A stretch of 64,000 nucleotides of DNA, taken from Octopus vulgaris (Eukaryota). Positions 53,295 to 64,000 of this stretch are shown one piece after another. The notes below the pieces were generated by a model. The model did not search any database and was not told the DNA's origin. It saw only the letters and a list, made by a program, of their open reading frames with translations. The DNA is taken from contig OX597822.1 in assembly GCA_951406725.2 (NCBI GenBank), positions 59,396,001 to 59,460,000 on the forward strand. Direction: 5' to 3'. How positions within the stretch are numbered: position 1 is the stretch's first letter; each line of letters starts with the position of its first letter. The translations under genes and the position numbers were made by a program.

Positions 53295-53898
53295 CATATA
53301 TATATATACAATATATGTGTATATATGTATGTCTATATATGTGCATGTCTGTAATCATATATGTCTTTCAAGCGAAGTATTAGTCATTACAATTTAATAT
53401 TCATACTTCGCAGTTAATCGTAGTTAGGAGAGGGTCAACGACATTAGAAATCTGAACTGAATTACTTTTGAAGTTCAGTTTCTGTGTTTAGGGTGTTGGA
53501 TTTAAGATTGCTAAAACCTAGGTTCGATTCTAGATCCGGGCAGCATGTTCTAATCTTGAACATTTTACGTTTCTCAGATCTGTTCTGTTAAGGAGGAGTA
53601 GTAGTGGCAAGGGCTGGTGGTTAACATGCTATGGATAGGATCCCGGTTCAGTCGAGTTTGTGCTTTGTACTCTTCGGTCGCCATTATAGCTTTGCTTCAT
53701 TGAATGACCTGCGGTATTTACTTCCAATCATCTGATTAAAGTTCGTGATCATCACCAAAGAGTTGCTTAAATAAATGCCACACATGTACGTTGCTTCAAC
53801 TGACTAAATTCTCATAGTAAAAACTATAGACTTGTACACACACATACACATCCACACACTACACACATATACAGGTATATATGTACATATACATACAT

Positions 53899-53990
<92 letters not shown>

Positions 53991-54014
53991 CTATATCTAT
54001 ATATATATATATAT

Positions 54015-54510
54015 TTTGTTTCAGCTCAGAGCTGCGGCCATGCTGATGCACCGCCGTTTTGTGCCTCACTGTTATTACTAAGAGCCTCCTCTAATATTTG
54101 GCACTTGGTGAAGAATGGAGTTTGATATAGCCACCCTCTTGCCGTGAGGTAGGTTCATCTCGGACTCTCGACAGGAAGATATACAGCTTTGATTTAAAAA
54201 CCGCTACATCTACTTTGTGCAGGTTCCTCAGACTCTTTGGGAGAATATTAAAAAGCTGTGGGCCCTTGAAACCCAGGCTGTTGCAGTAGCTGGTCCTGAA
54301 GCGTGATGGCATTGCTGGGATCTTTGGCACTATGCAGTGTCGTCCCGTTCTTGCATTGGTGTAGCTTACAATGCCAAAATTTGGCATAATTCCTTCCAGG
54401 ATCTTCCAAATATATATTACTGCATACTTCTCCCGTTTTCTCTCTAAGGAGTAGAGTCTTAGTTGTTTCAACCTTTCCCAGTAGCTGAGCTGTTACAAAG
54501 AGACGATCTT
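54015..54510 (-). mobile_element. CR1-group LINE 3' end
   Basis: LSYWERLKQLRLYSLERKREKYAVIYIWKILEG..GPQLFNILP..FKSKL; 3' tail GGCGGTGCATCAGCATGGCCGCAGC..TGAAAC. Confidence 0.8.
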
Positions 54511-54619
54511 CAACGCTAGTTTTTGAAAATCTAAACGTAAAGTTTATGTTGGACTTAAAGCCATAGTTTTAGCATAACAGTCATAGAAATGCAAGAAGTC
54601 GATTAAACTATCCTGCGAT

Positions 54620-55700
54620 CCTTCCCAGACAAAAAAGACGTCAACAATGAACCATAACCAAAGTATTGGCTCGTGACCATGTAGACATTAGCAAAATTAA
54701 CTGACATGGGTTACTCATGGCGCAATCCCTGATCTTGTAGTAAAAATTTTGTCCAAAATTCATTGTGATACTTTGTACTACAAACCTCAACAGCCTACAG
54801 AGAAAATTTGATGAAATACTTTTAGTTGACCGTTTTTCGAAGGTATTCAGGCATGCATCTACTCCTTCACCGTGGTCAATATTGGAATATAAGGAAGAAA
54901 CATCTATGGTTATCAAAAGAAAATTTTCGAGATGGTTTCGGTGCTTAAAAAAGTTGTTGATTTTAGACATAAAATCAAAAGTATCCTGAATATAAGAACT
55001 TGATCTTTTTTTGCGAGAGCGGGTAGAAAGCCATCTAGCAACTCCGAAATTTTGGCTGTACAACATTCCTATCCGCTGTAAACTGGGCGCATTAGAGGAA
55101 ATCTTTCGAACTTCTTGTGTATTTCAGGGAGACTATAAAATACAGGTGTTCTTTCTGACCGTAAAATCCTGGATTACGCTTTATTAATGAACTTGTTTTC
55201 CTCCTTTTCCAGAATGATTTTGTCAAGTTCCTCTCTGGGATTAGGGTTTGGATCGACAGGTAAATACTTCATATGAAGTTTTGTCACTTGAAACTTCTTC
55301 ACAAATCGAAATATACTCACTTTTGTCCATAATTACAATAGCGCCTCCCTTATCCACCATTTTAATATCAACAGAATCATTATTAGTTAGACAGCGGAGT
55401 GCATAACTTTGGGAACTTGTGAGGTTATTCCAGGACTTCTTTCCACTTGTTTTAAGGCTTTCCCGAATACCTGCCTGACAAGATTCAAGAAATTCCAGTA
55501 GTGCTTGTGAAATTCCATCCAGAACATTATCTGGATACCAGTTGGGATTCTTTTCAATCCAATTATATACCAGATTCGATCAACATTTTTATTTCAGTAA
55601 GTATAGGGTTTTCTCACTCCTCGTTATCTTTTATTCAAATAAATATTCCTTCAGCCTGTGACGGCGGATAAATAGCCTTTAGAAGAACATACCTGTTCAA
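54620..55700 (-). mobile_element. Degraded Penelope-like RT (second family)
   Basis: IKMVDKGGAIVIMDK, PVFYSLPEIHK, SYIQDTFDF, LITIDVSSLYSNIDH, FYYKIRDCAMSNP. Confidence 0.8.
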
Positions 55701-56494
55701 GAACACTAAAAATCTCCTTAATGCCTGCACCAAGGAATACGAATTTTGAACGATGGTGTTCAATAATAGCTTCCATTAAATGAAATTAATTGTTCTCACC
55801 AATCAATTTAAACTTTTGAAGCAATGAGTCGTCAGGCTGTGATGCACACATCGGTATATTTGATGTAAGACCGCCCGGTATAACTTTTTCTAGCTTGCAT
55901 GTTTCCAGAAATGATTTTAGCATGAAAACGATTAAGTTTTTTCACTGATAGAAATGTCGATTTCCCATTTTCTGATTCGTATTTGAATGGTACATTTGAA
56001 AGGCCCAAAACCGGGATCTAGTGAAACTAGCAGATCTGATAAGCCAACTGTAAGTAGGAATAAAACGCAAAAACTTTAATTTAGATTACGATTTTCCTTA
56101 GACACCCGACTGTTAGGTAACTTCCAGAATGTTATGATTTACACGGAAGGTGAGACGTGTAGAGATTCCTATTTGGTGTATTCGTAGGCACAATAACAGT
56201 AGTTCGACTGAACATGCCGAACATTTTGCAACAAGCAGCTACAATTTTGAAAAAAACTTGGAAGTGTATATTCTCAGAAAATGTTCTGAATCTGCTACAC
56301 TTCAGCACTCAAAATGCATGAGGAGAAATATGCTTGCGAGATATTAACATCGCACCCTGGAAAAATGAATAAAATGACTGGATTTGAATTTCTATAATTT
56401 TGAATTTTTATGTATTATTTTTCATTTTGAACTCGACAAAGACAGGCTAGCTGTCGAAGTATCGTTCAACCAATAAAATATCTATTGCTATCGA

Positions 56495-56976
56495 ACATAA
56501 ACCCGAAGGCATCATCGAATGATAATGCAAATATCCTATGGGATGTTATGATTCAGTGCGATCATGAGAAAGAGAATAGGAAACCCGACATAATGTTAAT
56601 TGAGAAAGAAAGCAAACGATGCTGGATCATAGATATAGCATACCCAGCTGACAACAAGGTATGCGATAAAGAAGAAAGAAAAGTCGATAGATATCGCAGG
56701 TTAGCTTAGGAGGTTAAGCAGTTGTGGTCGATGAAAAGGTGGTAGTAGTACCAATAATTGTCGGAGCCCTGGGAACAGTGAGTAAAACTCTTGAGAAGTA
56801 CATGGAACAAATATGGGCTGCAATAATGGGGGAGCACTTGCAGAAAACAGCACCGCTTGGAACCGCTCGAATACTCCGGATGAAGGTCGAAAAATACGGG
56901 TTGTTACCTTAGTTCACTGATAGTGAACAGCTGACACCGAAGTACATCTCCAGCGTTAGAAGCTGTGCAAAGACAA

Positions 56977-56977
<1 letters not shown>
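56495..56977 (+). mobile_element. R4/Dong-like retrotransposon 3' end (restriction-like endonuclease)
   Basis: ILWD..IQCD..RKPDIMLIEK..IIDIAYP..KEERKVDRY..L; VVPIIVGALG; LQKTAPLGTARILR; followed by (TAA)n. Confidence 0.85.
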
Positions 56978-57047
<70 letters not shown>

Positions 57048-57068
57048 TATTATTATTATTATTATTAT

Positions 57069-57114
<46 letters not shown>

Positions 57115-57122
57115 GCAGCAGC

Positions 57123-57161
<39 letters not shown>

Positions 57162-57172
57162 AATGATAATAA
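56977..57172. repeat. Compound (AAT)n(TAT)n(AAC)n microsatellite
   Basis: Directly visible. Confidence 0.95.
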
Positions 57173-57565
57173 TTGTTACAGAGACACAAAATTCTCAGAT
57201 TTATTGGTATGTGTGTGTGGTGGGGTATTTTTTAATTCAATCGACCCTATTACTTGACTAGTATTTATTTTATTGACTTCTCAAGGATGAAAGACAAATG
57301 GATTTGGCTCGCTACTTAGAAATAAGTAAATACCGCACAGTATTTTGTGTCTCATTTATTGTCCTTGCGATTATAATGATTATTATTCCTTCTGTTGGAA
57401 TAAAGCTAGATATTTAAAGTGCTAAATAAACTTGGCAGTACATATTTTTAGTTTGAAAGTCATCTGTGACGGTATGTGATAACATGGCTTCAGTCAGGAG
57501 TAAAAGAAGCCTGGTTGTGGATTAGACTGAATAGAAAAGTCAGAGCTATGTAATTTTACATATCA

Positions 57566-57595
57566 CTAGCAGAGATACCCGGCGTTGCCCGGTTA
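57566..57595 (-). mobile_element. Helitron 3' terminus motif
   Basis: Minus strand CCGGGCAACGCCGGG hairpin followed by TATCTCTGCTAG|T. Confidence 0.65.
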
Positions 57596-58650
57596 CATTC
57601 AATTGAAGAATTAGACTTTTCTGTTATATCTTCTGTAATGAACTGGAATATCTATGTTTCGAATTTCATCAAAATTGCAGATGAGGGTTATTTCCCTCTT
57701 TACACACCCTAAAAAAAATCGTAATCGTGCCACGTGTATCCCATACTACTGATTTTTATGCGCATATTCCAAAATTTCAGTCCTATTGAACCTGTTAAAA
57801 AGATTTTGCTCCTGAAAAATGAAGGTCATGGAACTCTAAAATGTGAGAGTTAAGGCCCCTGTTGGGAGTGGGCATCTTAATGTCAACCAGAGAAGTTGAA
57901 TTGTTGAAAATGTTTTAACTTGGGTCTTATATCTATTGTTTGAATTTCTTTGAAATAAGAAATATATGTTCACTGGGGTTGTAAAAGAGAGCAAAGCTAC
58001 AGGAAACCAAAATACAAATGATCCCAATAAGCAGTCAGTTACCCTACCCTAGACGTTGCCACTCCCAATGTAGGATTCCTCACCATCCAGGTGACAGGCA
58101 CAGCCGTAAAATGCATTACGAATCTATAGCAATTGGAAGGGCGTGACCCAACTGAAATCAACATTAACAACTGTGTGACGTGAGGGCTAAGGAGAAATTA
58201 AAGTGACAACTCTGGAGTTTGTAGATGACCACTATGCTGATACGTAACTGGACAGAATAAATTTAAAATCTATAAATGTCTTTGAATAACCAGTCACTCA
58301 TCTGGCAAGGCTTTGAAATCAATGTTACCATCTGGGGACTATGTGTGACCGAGTGATAACAAAAAGACTGAAAGGAAGTCTGCAATCAAATAAATTTACT
58401 CAACACTTTGCAACTGAATCAGTGGAGGCAAAGATACCTCTTATTTACTTGACAATTTATGCAATACATTGCAGAAATCCCAATGTAAGTGTATGTCAAA
58501 GCAAACTGTTACACTGTTGTACAATTGAATTAGAAATACTGCCCAACTTTTATGTTCGGGTAACCCTACAGTTTCCAAGAGCACAACTGTATTCGTTTTT
58601 GCTTAGATAAAATGACAAAATCGTGCGTGTTAAGTCCCCATTTTGATGAT

Positions 58651-58803
58651 TTCTTTCAGTTTCTGTCTACAAAATCCACTGACAAGGCTTTGGTTGGTCT
58701 GAGGCTATAGCAGAAGACACATGCCAAGTTACCACACAGTGGGACCGAACTGAGAACCATGTGTTTTGGAACCAAGTTTGTTACCACACAGCCACACCTG
58801 CAC
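58651..58803 (-). mobile_element. SINE family A head fragment
   Basis: Diverged head. Confidence 0.75.
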
Positions 58804-58887
58804 TTATGTATGTGTGTATGGGTGTATATATGTATGCATATATATATATATATATGTGTATATATATGTGTATATATTACATGTACA

Positions 58888-58922
<35 letters not shown>

Positions 58923-59040
58923 ATATATATATATATATATATACATATATATATACATCTAGACATACATGTATATCTATATAAATGCATCTATACATAT
59001 ACAGCTATACATATACATGTATACATACACAGCTACATAT

Positions 59041-59098
<58 letters not shown>

Positions 59099-59103
<5 letters not shown>

Positions 59104-59548
59104 AAATATTGAATTTCTAAATCTCTCGTAGAGACATGTACGGTGGTGGGGCGATAGAATGGTTGTATACTGTCAATCTAACAAGAATGTGACAGTAGGG
59201 GGTACACCACCGTTGTATAGCCCTAGGAGGCATCGAACGCCTCCTGACAGCTTCGACACATTTTTTCCCTGTGTCCTTATATACATATACGAAGGGGAGA
59301 CAAACACCCCCAACCGCCGGAACCGCATCTAGGGATACCGTGTTTCAGGATCATTGTCCTTCATCGGCCTAGAGTAGCAGACACCGGTCGGCTGGTGATA
59401 TTTGCCTGGACTTCGTATCTGTATATATGTAAACTCAGTGAAGTCTATTCACTGTCACGTTCTTGTTAGATTGACAGTATACAACCATTCTATCGCCCCA
59501 CCACTGTACATGTCTCTACGAGAGATTTAGAAATTCAATATTTCTTAT
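59099..59548. mobile_element. Fold-back element with 98-bp inverted arms and structured interior
   Basis: Arms 59099-59196 and 59451-59548 with 2 mismatches; adjacent to (TA)n. Confidence 0.85.
59328..59373 (-). ncRNA. Type I hammerhead ribozyme motif (U4C variant)
   Basis: TCTAGG-CCGATGA-AGGA(CAATGA)TCCT-GAAAC-ACGGT-ATC-CCTAGA; perfect 6-bp stem I and 4-bp stem II. Confidence 0.65.
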
Positions 59549-60271
59549 TTTGATAATCAGTGAATATATATTTGGAATTTACAAAAGAAACGAACAAAAA
59601 ACGAAGACGGGTGTGTAAACAGCAAACAGGTTTATTAGTTTAACGCTCCGAACTTAGGAAAATTTATTTAGGGAGTACTACTGATTTAAAAAATAGATTT
59701 AGGAGCACAAGAATTCATTTATTCACCCCTATATAAAAAATTCCGTTACATTAGCCTCATACATTAACCACCTCATACAGTCTAACATTGAGTAAAATTA
59801 ACGATGATCAATAATTACTGAATCAACACCATAGAACACATATACCAAATCGTATATACTTCGTATCAAGGAATCCAGTAGCATACTATATGCTAGTAAT
59901 AGAAATAAAAACATACAATTAAATAAAATTACAGACATTTTAGTATGTTGTAAGCCTATATATTTAGCGTCTTATAATTTTCTTAAACTTAAAAATTAAA
60001 TTTTTAAAATATAAAACTGTAAAGCTTTTTGAAAATACTATCTGAATTAGATCCAATGAATACTTATGCACAAATCTAAAATCATGAATAATTTATTTAT
60101 TATTGTACAGTGTGGAATATTCACATTGGCTTTTATTTGCATGATTAACTAAAGTTAATATTTCAATGATTTTCATTTCTTATTTAAACGTGAAAATCTT
60201 GAAAATCTTCAAAACCTGATACTTACATGTAGTGCTTTACTGCTTTTTACTGAATTTTACCTCGAGAAAGG

Positions 60272-60339
60272 AACCCTGAGGAAGGAGGGCAGAATTTCGA
60301 ATACTTCGTACAACCACTTTTCTGAAACGGCTGCAGGTT
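60272..60339 (+). ncRNA. Degenerate hammerhead-like motif
   Basis: AACC-CTGAGGA-AGGAGGG...CTTTTCT-GAAAC-GGCTGC-AGGTT. Confidence 0.35.
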
Positions 60340-60401
60340 AGGAAAAAAATTTTAATTGCCTCTTTCAATTTAGGTTTTTATTTTTCATTGTTATGTTTAT
60401 A

Positions 60402-60966
60402 TTGGGTGTCCGGAAAGTTCGTTCTGATTTTTAAAGGAAAGTAAATGGTCACTAAATACTTGCCATTACATTTTTAATGAACCAAATCTGAACCATTTCG
60501 TTGCACAATACGTCTCCATCTTTCCTTTACCTTGAAAATACCATGTTCCCAGAATTGGGGTGGTTTCCAGGGAAAGAATTCATTACGGTATCTTTTTACA
60601 TCATCTAAGGAATTGAAATTTTCACCATTAAGACTACTCTGCAGATACCTGAATAAGTGGAAATCCGAAAGAGCAATATCTGGTGAATATAGATCGTGGG
60701 GTAACACATCCCAGCCGAGCTGCAACAATTTTTGTCTGATTCCCAAAACCTCAAGTGCCGAAAATGAACTTTCTCATCTTTTATTTTAAAGGGTTACAGA
60801 ATTAACAAAGGTTATAGGAACATAAACCTTCTTCTACGAAAAGATAGCTTAAACTGTGCTCTAAATGGAGGTGTAGTCAAATCCTATTTCATGGACTCAA
60901 ACATGTTCTGAAATAAGTCGAAAGAGAAGCTACTATAAATCGGCACGAACTTTCCGGACAACCCAA
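60402..60966 (-). mobile_element. Internally deleted mariner
   Basis: TIRs TTGGGT(T)GTCCGGAAAGTTCGT with TA flanks; LPHDLYSPDIALSDFHLF..ERWRRIVQRNG. Confidence 0.9.
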
Positions 60967-61205
60967 TATTTCTATCATGAAACTCTTGATATAAATATGT
61001 GGATATTCGTATGGAATAATACCTCATGTGCTACATCTGAATTTTTTTGTCTGAATGTTTTAAGACAAATACCCGAAATTTTTATGGTATACCACATTTA
61101 ATTAATACTTAGCTCATATACAGAGACAAAAATTTTGTACTAGATAATGCAGGTTATCTCCATTAAAATTCCCGTATCATATACATTATATATATATAAT
61201 ATACA

Positions 61206-61740
61206 CACTGGCGAAAATAAATTTAAGACCGATGATAAAAGTTCTATTTCTTACAAAATATTTGCTGATCTTTATATTGACCAGTCTTCGAGTATAACTT
61301 CCACGCTTTCATGCAAGCCGGTTTACTACACTTTAGTTGCTTGCTGATGTTCGAAAAGGAAACTTTTTGCTGTAATATACAATTTTTGCTCTCGTGACTG
61401 GACTAAGGCTACGTTGTTTTCCCATTATTAATAAATTGTATAACATTAAATTATAACTTTGTATGGTGCATTTAGGCTCGTTGTGTGACCACCCATTTTG
61501 GCCAACAAAATGCATACACATTACATGGTCTTAAACTAATTTTCCCGGTAAATTTGAAAAGTTTATATTAATTAGAATTCTTCAAGTTGTATAAAAATAG
61601 TTATTGTCTGCATCATTCGAAAGAGAAATAAATTTTGCATAAGGTGTAAAAGATAATAATTATTTGTATGGTGTTAGTAACAAAATATTTTGTAAGAAAT
61701 AGAACTTTTATCGTCGGTCTTAAATATATTTTCGCCAGTG
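61206..61740 (-). mobile_element. Tc1-like deletion derivative
   Basis: ~55-bp TIRs CACTGGCGAAAATA.ATTTAAGACCGA.GATAAAAGTTCTATTTCTTACAAAATA; N-terminal MGKQRSLSPVTRAKIV. Confidence 0.85.
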
Positions 61741-61748
61741 TATATATC

Positions 61749-62812
61749 TCAGGCCATCCCATAAGTTCTGTCCAAATTTTGGATAAAGAATACAAGTGAT
61801 CAAATGTTATATGTAATTGAAAGTTAATCATCAATGTACTTTCCTTGATTATCTATGACTTACTTCCATCTATTTACAAGCTTTTTAATCCCATCAATGT
61901 AAAGCTCTTTTGGTTTCAAAGCGAAGAACTCTGAAATGTCAGGTTCGACCTCCTCCTGGCTTGCGAAAGTTGTGTCCCCCTAATAATTCTGTAAACTATG
62001 AAACAAATGGTATCCTGAAGGAGTAAGGTCGGGAGAATAAGTTGGATGAAGAAATTTTTCCAAACCGACCTCTTCGATCTTCTGTGATGTGATCATTGCA
62101 GTGTGGTGTTGCGCATTGTCCCGATGAAACATCACTCGTTTTCGATTCACTAAAGCGGCTCTTTTTTCCTCCAAAGCTTGGTTCAAACGCTCTAATTGCT
62201 GACAGTAGACTTGAGCATTGATTGTAACAATATAAAGTGAATTACGCCTTTGCAATCGCACCAGATAGAGAGAAAAACCTTTTTCCTATGAAGTTCCTTT
62301 CTCGGTTGTGGTTGAGCATTTTCTCTTTTACCAAGCCACTGTTTACGACGTTTAACATTTCGATAGAAAATCCATTTTTCGTCACAAGTCTATCGAAAAA
62401 GGGGTGAAATGAGTTTGCGAGAATGGAGAGAAGAGCAGATGTCAACTCGGGATTTGCGGTTGCTTTCGGACAATACATGTGGCACCTATTTTCCAAGTTG
62501 AAGATGACGATGAACTGTTGCATGGTTTGAAGTAAGCTTTGCCAATTCTTCAACTGATAATGACGGATTTTCTTCAAGTAATGCCTCAAGGAGTTTATCA
62601 TCAAACTCAACTGGACGTCCTGTTCGATATTCATCTTCAATTTTGCAAACGATCTCCTGCAAGTTCTTTCATTCAGGCACTTTCCCATAAACTGAGTGTA
62701 TGTTTCGAGTCACTTCGGCTACAGAGTTATCTTTATTGTACTCATAAAGAATTATATGTGCCTTAAATGCTCCTTGGATACTTCCATGTTGAAAGGGTTT
62801 TAATCAAAGCAA
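61749..62812 (-). mobile_element. Mariner transposase pseudogene, 5' TIR missing
   Basis: INAQVYCQQLERL, FHRDNAQHH, HPTYSPDLTPSGYHLF; one TIR-like end at 61749. Confidence 0.85.
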
Positions 62813-62815
62813 TTT

Positions 62816-64000
62816 TAGGGTGTCCACGAAGTCTGGGTACATGGAATAAAATCATAACATAAACAAATAAATATAAGAAATAATAATTTTCCTTTTTTAC
62901 TTTTGTTTAAATTAAATAAAAAAAATACTTTACTTTTCTAAATTTATTTGTTATTTTTTCTACAGATGATCGAATGATGGCTCTGTCTAAAGAAGAAAGA
63001 ATCCCAGATCGAATGATGGATCTGTCTAAAGAAGAAAGAATCGAGTTAGTATTATTAAGTGGACGAGAGGGATGGTCTTATCGCAAAATTGCGGAAGAAT
63101 TTAATCTCCGACACCCTTATAGGCAACCTATTTTTTTTACTGCCGTCGGGGAATTGATCAAGAAATTTAAAGAAACAGGCAGTGTTTTGCATAAACCCCG
63201 TTCCGGGCGACTAAAGACTTCAGATGAAACGAAAGAGGCTGTCATGGCTAAATTTTCTGCTAGCCTAAAGAAATCACTTCGTCAGACATCCACGGTGTTA
63301 GGTGTTCCAAAACCAACCATCCACAAAATGCCGGTTGAGGAAAAGTTTCATCGATACAACCTACCGATATTGCATCACTTAAATGAAGACAACCCTGATA
63401 GACGAATGTAGACGTACGAATGGTTTTCAGATAAATTGGATGAAAATATCAATTTTACGAAAAACTTTGTGTTGTTCAGTGAGAAAGCTACGTTTTATGT
63501 AAATGGTGAGGTCAACAGGCAGAATCTTCTATACTGGTCTTGAGGTAATCCACATTGGATGGATCCATCCAAACAGCAAGGCAGCAAAAAGGTGATGGTG
63601 TGGTGTGGTTTGTGGAAAGCTCATGTTCTAGGACACTTCTTCATTGAACATGTAACGGATGAGACTTATGTAAACATATTGAGAGACAAATTAATATCTC
63701 AAATTGAGCGCCTAGGCGAGGGCCTTCCGAATTGGTTTCAGCAGGATGGAGCCCCTACCCATTTTGCCACAACTGTTAGAGATTGGCTTAATGACACTTT
63801 TCAGCACTGGATTGGAAGAAGAGGTCATATGGAATGGTCCCCTCGTTCACCAGACCTTTTCCCCCCTTGATTTCTTTTTCTGGGTATGTTGAAAGAGAAA
63901 GTTTACTCAATAAAGATTACAGATTTAAAACACATGAGAGAACGCATTACCAGTCAGTGTGCTGGAATTGATGGCAATGTAGACTTATTTAATCAAGTTC
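62816..64000 (+). mobile_element. Tc1/mariner rosa-like (DD40/41D) element, runs off window
   Basis: AGGGTGTCC terminus; KKFKETGSVLHKPRSGR, KVMVWCG, WFQQDGAPTH, WIGR, WSPRSPDL; disrupted by stops and a frameshift. Confidence 0.85.

Overview
This is an AT-rich eukaryotic window, dense in microsatellites and almost entirely transposon-derived. The SINE families and (TA)n/(CA)n density suggest an octopus (coleoid cephalopod) genome; this is an inference. No convincing host protein-coding gene was found, and most listed ORFs are microsatellite translations. The window holds several Tc1/mariner elements (a full-length mariner with TIRs, an irritans-like mariner, a DD40/41D rosa-like element, MITEs), a hAT fragment and Helitron remnants. 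It also holds a near-intact 5'-truncated RTE LINE with a PHD-like finger, fragments of Penelope-like, R4/Dong-like, CR1-like and Tx1-like retroelements, and many copies of three tRNA-derived SINE families. The most interesting structure is a recurring set of fold-back (palindromic) elements carrying minimal hammerhead-ribozyme motifs. One of these is a Penelope terminal repeat that couples a tRNA-like Pol III module to a hammerhead. All alignments and folds were done by eye, so coordinates of degenerate elements are approximate.
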